64,000 nucleotides of DNA from Tubulanus polymorphus (lineage: Eukaryota; Animalia; Nemertea), in contig NC_134030.1 of NCBI RefSeq assembly GCF_964204645.1, positions 13,572,656 through 13,636,655 of the forward strand, read 5' to 3'. The translations under genes and the position numbers were made by a program. Position 1 is the stretch's first letter. Each line of letters starts with the position of its first letter. The notes below the pieces were generated by a model. That model did no database searches, was not told the origin of the DNA, and worked only from the letters and a program-made list of their open reading frames with translations. Shown here piece by piece: positions 13,456 to 25,724 of this stretch.

Positions 13456-13755
13456 AGTAATAGGGGTAATGGGTTTTCAGATCAAAGGTCGAAGGGTCGA
13501 GCTCATTAAAAAACAAAACATTAAAAGTAATTAAAAACTATAATATATTTTCATAACCGTGTGTATTTTATATTAAAACTAAATATTTATTCTAAGATAT
13601 CAATAATCTAAAAAGCATATTGTATTAAATCAATTGGTCGCTCCACTTCGCTACCGCTCCGCTCCGCCACCAATTGATTTATTTACAATACACAAATTCA
13701 TATAATCAAATATATTCAAATGATAATAATTATTCTATTATTCAACTGAAATACA
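13456..13755 (+). repeat. left TIR of Polinton
   Basis: Near-perfect reverse complement of 34124-34423. Confidence 0.95.
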
Positions 13756-13941
13756 CACGGTTATGAAAATATATTATAGTTTTTAATTACTTTTAATGTT
13801 TTGTTTTTTAATGAGCTCGACCATTCAACCTTTAACCCGAAAACCCATTACCCCTATTACTCTTAAAATATTCATATAAATGAATAACATTTAAATCATT
13901 GAACTTCTAAAATCAATTTTAATAAAAAATTTAGTATTAAA

Positions 13942-16900
13942 ATGGAAGCAAATAAGTACTACTGTCCAACGTGTAATATCAATATAGATAAATCCCAAAA
14001 AGCAAGACACAATAAAACTATAACACATTCAGAGAATAAATTGAAACTAGAATATAAAGATGATATATTAGAAACTAAATTAGAAGAATTAAAGAATGAA
14101 AAAGAAACATATAAATGTGATACATGTAATCAATCATTCAGTGATAAAAGATATTATAAAGAACATTTAAAATCTAAAAGTCATATTAGAAATAAGAATA
14201 ATGATATTTTAGGTGAAGATTATTTTGATAAAGATGATGATAAGAAACAGAAGACAATTAAAAGCATAAAAAATAAATTAAACAATAAAAGACCATACAT
14301 GGAAGATGTAAGAAATTATATTAATTCATTAGATAATAAAAAAGATATAGAGATAACCGAAGCATTTAAAAGTGATATTGGTCCAGCAGCTATCGAGTTT
14401 AAATTTCATAAAGGAAAAACATTAGAAGAAAATAAAAAACATTTAGAAAATATGAAAAATATTATAAAAATAATTACTGATGTTGAATATCCTAAAATTA
14501 GTATATCAGTTAAAGTAAAGTTTATAAAATCTGAAGATAAACCAATATATAATATAAATTCTCATTCACAACATATTATTTCAAAACAACATATAGATGA
14601 TAAATTAGATAAATGTTATAATGAAGTAAAAACTAAAATAGAAGAGAAATATTTTGAAGGATCTGGTTTAATATTTGATGAGATAATATTTATGACTTTA
14701 CATGTTTATAACACAAAATATAATAAGTTAACTAAATCAAAACCAATAGATGAAAATAATTTATCATATTATAAAGATGATAGTATAAATGGAACAAGTT
14801 ATATTAAACTACCATTTAAAACTAATGCTGTAATAAATGTACAAAATTTTGATGATAAATGTTTTCTATGGACTATAATAAGTTGTTTACATCCTGCAAC
14901 TTATAATATTTGTAGATTTTCTCATTATAAACTATTTAAAAATAATTATAAGATAGATAAGTATCCTGTTATAATTAAAGACATCCCAAAAATAGAAAGA
15001 GATAATAATATAAAGATAAATGTGTTTGATTTAATCAAATTACCAAATACAAAAGGTAACAATATAAAACATTATACATTAGAACCTTTATATCTATCAA
15101 AAGATTATGATTCAAACGATGTTATAGATATACTATATTATGAGAATCATTATATGTGGATTAAACAAATCGATTTATTTTTTAAATCAGAAAATGATCA
15201 CCATAAAATATATCTATGTAGAAAATGTTTACATAAATTCCGTAATGAAAGTGCATTATTAAATCATAAACAACTATGTGATAATCATGATTATTGTAAA
15301 TTAGTTTTACCAAATGAAAAAGATTATTAGAATTCAAAAAATATGATTACAAAAATAAAGTACCATTTGTAATATATGGAGATTTTGAATCATTAAATAA
15401 AGAATTAACAGATAAAGATAGAAAAGAAATATATTATAAAAGAAAGAAATTAAATTCTAATGAAAGTGATTATTCAGAAGAACCACCAAAAACAAATACT
15501 ATTAAAAAGATTCATCAATCAGCTGCAGCTTTTGGGTTATATATTAAATCTAATTATCCAGAACTAATTAAAAGTGAATATTATAATTATAGAAATGAAA
15601 ATGTTATTAATCATTTTTGTGACTTATTAATTGAATATGAAATAAGATTTAGTAAATTATTGAATACAAATATAGAAATTATAATGACAGAAGAAGATAA
15701 AGAAGAATTTGAGTTTGCAGATAAATGTTATTATTGTAATCAAGTATTCTATTCATCTGATAAAAAGGTAAGAGATCATGATCATTTGAATGGAAAGTTT
15801 AGAGGCGCGGCGCATGAGAATTGTAACTTACAAGCTAAGAAAATCAATTTTGTTCCAGTAATATTTCATAATTTATCAGGATATGAAGCACATTTATTTA
15901 TCAAACAGCTATGTTATAAAATAGAAGAAATCAATAATGAAATAGAAAGATTAAATTCAAATAGATTAAAAGATGACAAAGTATCAACTTATAAATTTAA
16001 AATGCTAGCTAAAACATCCGAGAATTATATATCTTTCCAATTTGGATGCTTAAGATTTATAGATTCATATAGATTTTTAAGTAGTTCATTAGACAATCTA
16101 TCAAAATCATTAGTTGATGATGAATTACAAATATTAAAACAACACTACCCAAATAATGATGATTTCCAATTAATGAGATATAAAGGAGCGATTCCATATT
16201 CTTTCTATAAAAATCATAATGATTCTAATATAACTGAATTATTAAAAGAACAATTCTATGATGAATTAAGATCTGAATATGTAAAAGATGAAGTTTATAA
16301 TAGAACATTGAATATTTGGAATCATTTCGAAATTAAAAATCATGGACAATTAGTAGATTTATATTTAAAATCAGATGTATTATTATTAACCGATATATTC
16401 GAAAGGTTTAGAGATGTAAACCTAAAATATTTTAATATTGATCCTTGTCATTGTTATTCATCACCAGGATTAACATGGGATTGTGGATTAAAATTTACAA
16501 ATATAAAAATGGATTTGTTAACAAATATAGATCAATTACTATTATTTGAAAAATCTATAAGAGGAGGTGTTTCAGGTGTATTGGGTGATAGATATTTCAA
16601 TGTAAATGATAACCCTGGATATAAGTTATTATATATAGATGCAAATAATTTGTACGGTTGGGCAATGATGGAACCACAACCTTATGGAGTATTTGAATTA
16701 ACTGAAGTTTTACAGAATGAAAATAATGATAAATTTGATTGGAAGAAAAGAATTCTAGATATTGCAGATGATTCAGATACTGGTTACTTTTTTGTTGTAG
16801 ATTTAGAATATCCTGAACATATTAAATTTAAATCTAGAAATCTAGCTTACTGTCCCGAACATAAAACTGTAACTCATGAAGAATTATCAAATTATCAAAA

Positions 16901-17972
16901 AAGAATTAAACCTGAAAATCATATTCATACAGAAAAGTTAATGGTAACTCAAGAAGATAAATATAATTATGTAGTACATTATAGAATGTTAAAGTTTTAT
17001 CTAAATCAAGGAATGATTCTAAAAAAAGTACATAGATATATTTCATTTAACCAATCTAAGTGGTTAGAAAAATATATAGATTTTAACACCAAACAGAGAA
17101 CTAAAGCTAAAACTGATTTCGAGAAAGATTTCTTCAAGTTAATGAATAATGCATTCTATGGTAAGACTTGTGAAAATATTAGAAATAGAAATGATATTGA
17201 GTTAGTTAGTAATGGTAAAAGAATTAGACATTTACAATCATATCCTAAGTTCATTGGTAACAGAATATTTGATGAAAATTTAGCCGCAGTTAAGATGAGA
17301 AGAACTTCAATGAAATTTAATAAACCAATTCACGTTGGTGCTTCAGTTTTAGAATTATCAAAGTTATTAATGTATAAATTTTACTATAACGTATTACAAC
17401 CTCATTTTGGAGAAAAACATATAGAAATATTATATTTTGATACCGATTCTTCCATATTAAAGATAAAAACTGATAACATAACTGATGATTTAAAAACATT
17501 AAAACATCATTTTGATTTTAGTAACTATCCTAAAGATCATGAATTGTTTAGCAATGATAATAAAAAAGTTCCCGATAAATTCAAAGATGAATTAGGAGGT
17601 GAAGAAATGATTGAATTCATTGGTATTAGATCTAAAATGTATTCATATAAAACTAAAGAACATGAAGCTAAAAAGTTAAAAGGAATAACCAAAAGTGTAG
17701 TAGAAAAGAATATTCATTTCAAAGATTACATCAATTGTATATTCAATGAAGAAGTTAGAAAACATAAGATGAGATGTTTAAGATCTGAAGATCATGAAAT
17801 GTTTATTGAAGAAATTGAAAAGATAAGTCTAAACCCATTTGATGATAAAAGATATATTTTAGATGATGGAATTCATACAGTTGCTTATGGTTGTAATTTA
17901 GATGAATACTTAAAATTTAAAAGAGAAGAAACAAAAGAGAACGAGATTATGAAAAGAATTCTAACGTATTAA
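13942..17972 (+). pseudogene. protein-primed family B DNA polymerase (pPolB) with one frameshift near 15325
   Basis: N-terminal C2H2 fingers; DDKCFLW...ENHYMWI region; second frame open from 15327 with ExoI YGDFE, endonuclease VII-like RDHDH insert, YIDANNLYG, KLMNNAFYGK and YFDTDS. Confidence 0.95.
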
Positions 17973-18001
17973 TCAAATTTTAATAAAAATATGTTATTAA
18001 A

Positions 18002-18355
18002 ATGGAGAGTAAACAAACGCACAGTGAGAACAACAAATTATTTCTAGATAGAATTAAAGATATAACAAATGTAAAATCTGTAGATTATAAATTCAAAAAG
18101 TTAACAGAATTAACAATCCATAAGAAATATCTAATTACAAATATTGATACAGTTACTAATAACTATGGAGATAAATTAGTTATACACTTAGAATATGAAG
18201 GATTAAAAGGAAATACATATAAATTCAGAACATATTTACCAGATAGATTTCATAGATTATCAAGTGAAGATTTAGAAGAATTATGTTCTGGAGATTTCTA
18301 TTTCGTATACAAAGGTAAGAATGAGAAAGGGCACCATGAAATAGATTTCGAATGA
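18002..18355 (+). CDS. small Polinton protein, putative OB-fold ssDNA-binding protein
   Basis: YG...YLPDRF...FVYKG pattern that I associate with small Maverick ORFs; next to pPolB; function inferred. Confidence 0.55.
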   Translation: MESKQTHSENNKLFLDRIKDITNVKSVDYKFKKLTELTIHKKYLITNIDTVTNNYGDKLVIHLEYEGLKGNTYKFRTYLPDRFHRLSSEDLEELCSGDFYFVYKGKNEKGHHEIDFE

Positions 18356-18372
18356 GAAAATATGTAAAATAA

Positions 18373-19134
18373 ATGGCGGAATTAAAAGAATACAGAATAT
18401 ATGTTGATTCTAGAAAACTTACAAATTATAAATCTCATAATTTACTAGTACAATTAGATAGAGAATTCAAGAATTGTGTAGATTTAAAATTAGTTAATAT
18501 AAGTTTATGTAATTCTTTTTATAATATATCGAATAAAACTATTGAACATAGAGCTTTTTTAATTTTTAATAAAAATAAAAATGAATGGGCCTATATATAT
18601 TTAAAACCGGGGTTATATAATTTAGATACATTAGCACAAGAAATTAATAGAAAAACCTGGCACAAATTAGGTAGTAGTTCTGGGTTAAGTATTAGATTTT
18701 TAAAAAGTGAGAGTTCTGATAGAATAAAGATAAGGTTGTCTAATAGTGAAAAACATAAATTTATGGTAAAAAAACCTATAGCTAAACTGTTAGGAATTCT
18801 TCCAGATAGATCTTTTACAAATATTGACGCTACTACACCAAACTTAATACCTTACACACATTTTTATATTTATTGCAATTTAATCGATCCTACAAAAACA
18901 TTCGAAGCAACTAAAGATATAACTTGTAATTCTGGTTTAATAAACATTTTACCATTGAAGAATGTTAAAGAATTTGGAACGCAAATAAATTATAATTTAA
19001 CAGAATGTGATTTCAAACCATGCATTCCTCGTTTTAATAATTTTAGATTAGAAATTAGAAATCACAATGGATACTTAATTGATTTAAATAATTTCCCCGT
19101 AATTTATGAATTAGTTGTAAGATGTAGAGAGTAA
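18373..19134 (+). CDS. minor capsid protein (penton, single jelly-roll)
   Basis: YVDSR, PGLY...L...IN, KLLG, FYIYCNLI and IDLNN motifs; 253 aa. Confidence 0.8.
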   Translation: MAELKEYRIYVDSRKLTNYKSHNLLVQLDREFKNCVDLKLVNISLCNSFYNISNKTIEHRAFLIFNKNKNEWAYIYLKPGLYNLDTLAQEINRKTWHKLGSSSGLSIRFLKSESSDRIKIRLSNSEKHKFMVKKPIAKLLGILPDRSFTNIDATTPNLIPYTHFYIYCNLIDPTKTFEATKDITCNSGLINILPLKNVKEFGTQINYNLTECDFKPCIPRFNNFRLEIRNHNGYLIDLNNFPVIYELVVRCRE

Positions 19135-19151
19135 TTTTTTTCACTATATAA

Positions 19152-19502
19152 ATGAATATAACTGTTGGACCGAGTATATGTTTTGGGTTTGATTTTAAAC
19201 ATGGTAAAGAAATGAGAATTAAACTAAATGATGTCATTACTGATATAAAAAGTAAATCATTTAACAATGCGTCAATGATTGATAAAGAAAATTATAATAT
19301 AGAAAAAGTAATTGATTTAATTAAAACACCTTTAGAATATTATGAATTAAATGAAGATGGAATTATTGAAGATATCAAAAACATATTATCCAAAATATAT
19401 GATAATCATAAAAATAGTAATGAAATAAATGTTGAATTAATCATAAATAAGTTAAATAAGCTAAATATTTTGATGATAGTAATTTTGATGATAAATAAAT
19501 GA
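19152..19502 (+). CDS. hypothetical Polinton protein (116 aa)
   Basis: ATG with TAAATG context in a tightly packed gene array. Confidence 0.6.
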   Translation: MNITVGPSICFGFDFKHGKEMRIKLNDVITDIKSKSFNNASMIDKENYNIEKVIDLIKTPLEYYELNEDGIIEDIKNILSKIYDNHKNSNEINVELIINKLNKLNILMIVILMINK

Positions 19503-19720
19503 GTGATAATAAGTGGATAATAACTGGATTATATAATGGCGCATTACTATCAGTTGGAACTGTTGGTTATTCAATGGTATTAAAAAAAGTATTCAAAATG
19601 GGAAGTGTTAATGTTGATAGATTTGATATAAATGATATCTTAAAATTAACATTAGCAGTTACTTTATCTAATTTAACAATTGATTATTTGGAAAAACAAA
19701 AATATATTCCTCCCATATAA
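19499..19720 (+). CDS. small hydrophobic (predicted membrane) protein
   Basis: 73 aa, two hydrophobic segments, TAAATG start. Confidence 0.65.
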   Translation: MSDNKWIITGLYNGALLSVGTVGYSMVLKKVFKMGSVNVDRFDINDILKLTLAVTLSNLTIDYLEKQKYIPPI

Positions 19721-19745
19721 ATGCGTAATTTTTTTTGCTAAATGA

Positions 19746-20168
19746 ATGGCTTCTGCAATTATAACTATTATAGGATCGGCAATTGTTAACGCTTTAGCAT
19801 TTACTGGAGGTGGATATTTATTTAAACATATTGATAAAAATAGTTCATTGGGAGAACAAAGAAGACATAACTTAGCGTTAGAGAAATACAATAAAGCTGT
19901 AGAAGAATATAGAGAAAAGAGACAAAACTATATGGATTACATCAATATAGAATTATATGATCAGAAGATTTCACATAGAGATTTTCAATCAGTTGATGAT
20001 GCAATGAGTTTATATAACGCAGTAACAAATAAAGAAAAATTACATCTATACAAACCTAAATTATCAGATTATTATACCCCAAGTAAAGAACAACAGAAAT
20101 ATGAAATAATATGGATTTTAGGTGGAACAGTTATTGTTATATTTGTTGCTTATAAATTTACTAATTAG
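19746..20168 (+). CDS. protein with N-terminal hydrophobic/Gly-rich helix, coiled coil and C-terminal TM
   Basis: MASAIITIIGSAIVNALAFTGGGYLF; C-terminal IIWILGGTVIVIFVAY. Confidence 0.7.
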   Translation: MASAIITIIGSAIVNALAFTGGGYLFKHIDKNSSLGEQRRHNLALEKYNKAVEEYREKRQNYMDYINIELYDQKISHRDFQSVDDAMSLYNAVTNKEKLHLYKPKLSDYYTPSKEQQKYEIIWILGGTVIVIFVAYKFTN

Positions 20169-20187
20169 TAATTTTTTTTCTAAATAA

Positions 20188-20622
20188 ATGGAAGATAAAG
20201 TTGATAGTATTGATATTATTCCTCATGATATAAATAAAACTAAATTAAAAACATATTTAGAAAAACAAATATTAGAATTTGAAAGTGATTTAAAAGTTGA
20301 AAAGAAAAAATATTTAAAAAGTAAAATTATATATTATTTTATTATTAGTAGTTCAGTTACAATTAGTTCTGTAATAACATTTTTAGCAATATTCAGCCCA
20401 TTAACACCTTTAGCTATATCAATTGGTGTATTAGGATTAAGTTCAAGTGTTTTAACTGGTATAAGTTCAAAATTAGATATAAAAAGTAATAAAGAAAAAA
20501 TTAAAACTAATATAAAAGAAATTAATAAATTAAAGAATACACTAGATTATATAATAAGTTTAAATGGCCATATAACAGTTGAAGAACAAGATAGATTATT
20601 AAAAGAATTAGTTAATTATTAA
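20188..20622 (+). CDS. two-TM coiled-coil protein
   Basis: Central hydrophobic hairpin flanked by Lys/Glu-rich helices; TAAATG start. Confidence 0.7.
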   Translation: MEDKVDSIDIIPHDINKTKLKTYLEKQILEFESDLKVEKKKYLKSKIIYYFIISSSVTISSVITFLAIFSPLTPLAISIGVLGLSSSVLTGISSKLDIKSNKEKIKTNIKEINKLKNTLDYIISLNGHITVEEQDRLLKELVNY

Positions 20623-20638
20623 TTTTTTAGTTATATAA

Positions 20639-21882
20639 ATGGCAGATAGTTTTCCAAAAGCTTTCCAATATAATAAATCAATTAAATATAATATTCCAGC
20701 AATAGATTTTAATAAAGATATTACATATAGAAATGAAGTTTTAGATTCATTAACTAATTTAGAAATTTATGTTACTGAAACTAATAATTTTAATGCAAAG
20801 ATGGAAAATATATTTCATGTATATTTAATTAATTTTTAAAAATTGAAAGATGAAAAACAATGGTTATTAAAATCTAATATGAAGTATTGGCAGAATCAAT
20901 TAAATTTTGCTGTTTATTGTGCAACAACAAGTTTTATAAAATTTGCAATGAATTTAATATAGATATAAATAATTCTGATTTTAGAACAAAAATTGGAACA
21001 ATAAGATCACTTCCTTGCCCTAAAAAGATTGCAGAATATTGTGCACTTCCCATACCATCTAATAGTTTTTATAATATCTATAATAATAAATTAGGTTATG
21101 GTAAAATAGAAACAAAGGATTAAGAAACATTAAATTTCAATAAATTGCCGAAATTTTATGATCATTTAAAACAAGAAAACAATAATGGTTGGGTTTATTT
21201 TATTTTAGAAAATAGTGAAGGTTTTACTAAATCAGGTATAGAAAGAATAAATCAATCTATTAGAACTTATTTGATATGTATTCTAGGATCACAAGTTGAA
21301 ACAAGATCACCGATAATTGGAAATTTGAATACATCATTCGATACACAAAAACAGTTTAAAGTTTTATTTGAAGATTCAATTCATAATGATAAAAATAGAT
21401 CGATTCCAGAAAACATTATTAGATATCAAAATTATTTAGATAAATCACATGTAAGACTTAATTATTGTATAGGCCCTAATCTATTAATTATTTCTAATGA
21501 TTTAGTATTAAAGATGGGAAATATAATTGGTTATAATAATCTAATTAAAACTGCAACAATAAATAATTCATTTGGGTTAAATGATATAAATAAAAAGATT
21601 ATTACTGCTCCAAAATTAATGGAAGGTGAAAAAAATAAAAAACACATTCAATCAACAGAAACTAAAACTAAGAATATTAAATTGGATAATGATTCCAAAA
21701 TAAAAGATTACAATACATCAGAAAATAATAGAACTGATAATGGTGCCGTATGGCACCCACACGGTGTTATTCAACATGATATAATTAAACTAAATGATGA
21801 CAATAAATCCCATGAAAATACTAAATTAGCTATAACCTGTATAGGAATTGTTATAGGAGGAATATTATATTTTAAATTTTAA
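20639..21882 (+). pseudogene. Polinton protein of unknown function with C-terminal TM, broken into three ORFs
   Basis: Reading past the stop at 20837 gives WQNQLNFAVYCATT; later pieces 20887.. and 21145..; its 3' end is homologous to 8020-8105. Confidence 0.7.
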
Positions 21883-21898
21883 TTTTTTTATTATATAA

Positions 21899-24800
21899 AT
21901 GGATGTAGAAGGTGGAGAAGATTATGAAATGGGAGAAATGGGAAATAATAATGAAGGATATATTGATGAACCACAACCTAATTTTAATGAAACTAATATT
22001 GATAATGATGATGAATCAGCATATAATTCTAATTTAGCAGATAGTGGTTCTAAAGCCCCATCAACAGATGAATTTGATAGAAGAACTAGATCGAGAATAA
22101 ATCCTGAAAATGAAAATCAAGGTTTATCAAGACAAGATTTAGAAAATATTGAATTTATGTATGATTTTCAACGTGTATTTAAAGATTCTGGATATAATAT
22201 AAATGGTAGAGGCGCCAGTGTAGCGTTTCGTAGTTAGAATACATTAAGAATTTAGCATGTTTCTTCATCCACATAGTACCTGAAAATACTCACCGGGCGA
22301 GTGTGTGCACTCACTCGCACCAGAGTCGATCATAGCGGTAGCGTGATCCTCTTAAATGTCCTCAGAGTGTATATATGTAAATGTGTACTTATGTAATAGA
22401 TGTATGTAAAATGGCGCCGCTACAAAGGGTCCGCCTGTGTCACGTAAACAACGGGAAAGATGTTTATGAAGGGGTCTACGACCACCACAGGAAGTTATGT
22501 TTGTGTGTAGAATAATAAATGACTCTCAGGCTTAACTCGACCTAGCACACGAGTAAGCAATTCCCGCAACCCCGGGTGTAGATTGCTGATAGATCCAGGA
22601 ACGTAACGACTGGGTCGATTCGAAAACTATCCTCCGGGAACTAAGGATCGGGCCCAACCCTATGTTAGAACCTACAGATAGCGATGCGCACCCTTCTGTT
22701 CACCCAATAACATACGACCTCGTAGTTATACATGAACCCGAATCGACCGTATCACACACCACGTCACCCACCCCCGACGTGGAATTTCCTCGCTTGAGCC
22801 TAAATTGGATAGCGGAATAAACAGAAACCGCCCGTCACCCGAACGGGATTGCACTACGTTCCGCTGGACTCTACCATTTCCGAGAGTAAGCCTCTATACA
22901 GACCATGGACGCTCCGACCAACTCCACGGTTTTACTACCCAACATCTATTACTAAATCGTTAATACCATTACGTGCTGCAACAGCAGCTTTTATTCGTCT
23001 ATCAGAAACTGACATACGTCATGCTCAAATACAAGACAGGTTCATACTCCACAAATGCTTACATACTTACAAAGGGAAAAGATAATGCGATTGACACATG
23101 CTGTTACGCTTCAAACTTATACAACGAACATATAGACCGCGAACATTATACCTATATAAAATTTATTGAAACTTAAAGATACGCGCCTGAAAGCTGGTCT
23201 TAAGGACCTATACCACACATACATGAAGGCAGAATAATAGTTTGATAAAGCTATAAGCACAAGTAATGGTCAAACCCGTCTCTATATACTTAAGTATAAA
23301 CGGGGAGAAACACAAGGACCCAAGGCCTGGTATCAAGAATCCATACCTAATACATAAGTATTGACGGATTATATATAGTTCAACGATCCTAAGGACAAAC
23401 GAGAAACACAGGGCCCGTCAATAATACATAAGTATGGACGGTAAACGTAATGCCCAATGGCTTATGGCCATAGGTGAGGAAATCGAACTATGATTTTGCC
23501 GTAGCTTAATGCTTAACAAAGAGTAATACTCAAGACTAGTAACGTATTTACAGTAAGGGGGATTCTGTGGGCCTAAGGCCCTTAATTTCTAACTCAGAAA
23601 GAAGGAACAGAGACGAACGGGTACAAGACCCGAAACGCCGCCAGGCGGCGCTGTCCCGGACCGACTTACATCTTAGAGACGTTCTCCGAGTAACTAACTG
23701 AAAGAGAAAAACTGCGCGCCTTATATTCTGATATTGCCGACTCCGATGTGTTGCATCTTCACTCCGCGTCGCTTCACTGGTCGCTCAACAATGGCCGCCC
23801 CGTCGGATGTGCTTCCTAGGATTCTTCCGAGCCGCTTTGCTGCTGAACTACGTTGTCTTCTTATCGAAGTAATATACCATTAAAAAGGTTGGAACTTGTA
23901 CTTTCCGATGATATGAAATTCGTGTTAGATAGTTCGGTCGTAAAGACAAGTGAGGTCCCGAAAGGCTGTCGTCATGCGTGACCGCGTTCGAGATCGCAGG
24001 TTTAACCGTCGAATACTCATTAGCTTTAAGGCACGAAGGTACCGAAATCATCTTCTAGGTTTGTAATAATGATAATTATCTAAGAACTTAATTTATGTGA
24101 CTAAATACTAAGGTGATATGTTATGGTGACAGTAACAAGACGTCATCGTAGAAACTTTAACTCTCCCGCTTATCGAGCGGATCATGTGGCCGGACCGGAA
24201 GTAAACAAACCGGCGAAATCGGTTCATCTACCAAACTACAACTCTTGTCGCCTAAAAAAACGATGACATTAGTAGATGCTTTCACCGAGTCAAGACTTTA
24301 TAATCCTCTTTCAAACGGTATCGTACATGATGACTTTCGATAATTATTTAGTGTGTAAAAGGCGAGATAAATACAGCGGCGGTACTATTTACCACCGGGA
24401 ACAATTTCGGGACTAAGGAGCCGCGGGTTATCGCCGGAGTTGAAGTAAGGGGAAATGTATCTTCTGCACGGTCGCTGATAACCAAGGGGATAGAGGTATC
24501 TGTCTTGAGAAATGAAATTTTGTTACACCAGACTTTTAGTACAAGAGTTAAAGTTTTTAGATGGTGAATATTATTATCGTTTGAAAGATGATTATTATAT
24601 TGATATCACTAATAAAAGGACAAGACGAAGTAAAATATTAGCGGAATCAACTTTGGAAAATTTAGAAACAGAAAGAATTAAGAGAATAAGTAATAGTAAT
24701 GAAATAACTGATGTAACACAAGAAGAAAGAGATAATAATATAAGAGTATTTAGTCAAAGAATTGATGACTTATTTAAAATAATCAATGATAATTTAGAAA

Positions 24801-25684
24801 CAGAAACAACTTCTGAACAGAATATAACTTCCAAAACTAGTAAACTTAAATCAAATAAAGTTCCAATTGAAAAACTTTTACCGAATGGATTAATTGATGC
24901 GACAGATCAAGAATTAGAAGATTTAGATATATTTTCTGATAAAGCAATTAGAGAGATTATTAGTATAAGACATGCATCTGATAAAATTGCGCATGATAAA
25001 AGTATAAGAGATTTTAAAATTAGAACTTTAGAAAAAGAATTAACTGATAAAAATAAAGAAATAGAACAACTAAAATTAGATAGAGATAATAAAGTTATTG
25101 AAGAAATTGAATTTAAAAAAAGAAATGCATATTTAGAAAAAGAAATTGATGATTTAGAATATAACATAGAATTACAAACAGAAGAAATTAAATTATTATT
25201 AAAATCATATGATTATAATATTAATAGATTATAAGTTATTTTTAAAGATTTGTTGATTAAACCAAATTCTGAAATATCATTAAAAGACAGAATAAAGTTA
25301 TTATTTAAATTAGAAGGAATAACAATTCTTTCAATTCTAACAGCTGTAACTATGGTATTTACAACAATTGGTTTAGCAATATCAAATGCTTTGAAATCTA
25401 CTCCTACTCCCACTCCCAATAAACCGGATAAACCTCCAGGCAATAATTCTATACAAGATAAAGTTAAAGATGGTTTAAAGAAATTAGCAAAATATTTATG
25501 GGAACTATCTAAAAAATCTGCTGCAGCTTTACCAGGAGTTATTGCTTCAATTGTTGGTTTTATATTGAAATCTGCTGGGAATATTCTTAACTTTGCTGCC
25601 GAACATATTATTTTATTTTTAATTACAGTTGTAAGTGCTATTATTTTTGGTTTAGTAAATATGATATCAAAAAATATCAAGTAA
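21899..25684 (+). pseudogene. about 490-aa acidic/coiled-coil/TM protein interrupted by a solo LTR and one nonsense codon
   Basis: Removing 22219-24531 restores the frame (NGRGA-RLLVQELKFLDG); in-frame TAA at 25232; paralog at 6797-8002. Confidence 0.85.
22219..24527 (-). mobile_element. solo LTR-like insertion (2309 bp)
   Basis: TGT...ACA termini, 4-bp TSD CCAG (22215-22218 and 24528-24531), no coding capacity; TATA-like TATAAGG followed by TCAGTT on the minus strand near 23725-23695. Confidence 0.8.
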
Positions 25685-25724
25685 ACATGATAAAAAATCA
25701 ATAATTAATTTTTTTGTTAAATAA

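Noticed and set aside
15310-15335. Programmed -1 frameshift in pPolB
   Set aside because: No in-frame X XXY YYZ slippery heptamer or obvious downstream structure; other genes in the element also carry random lesions
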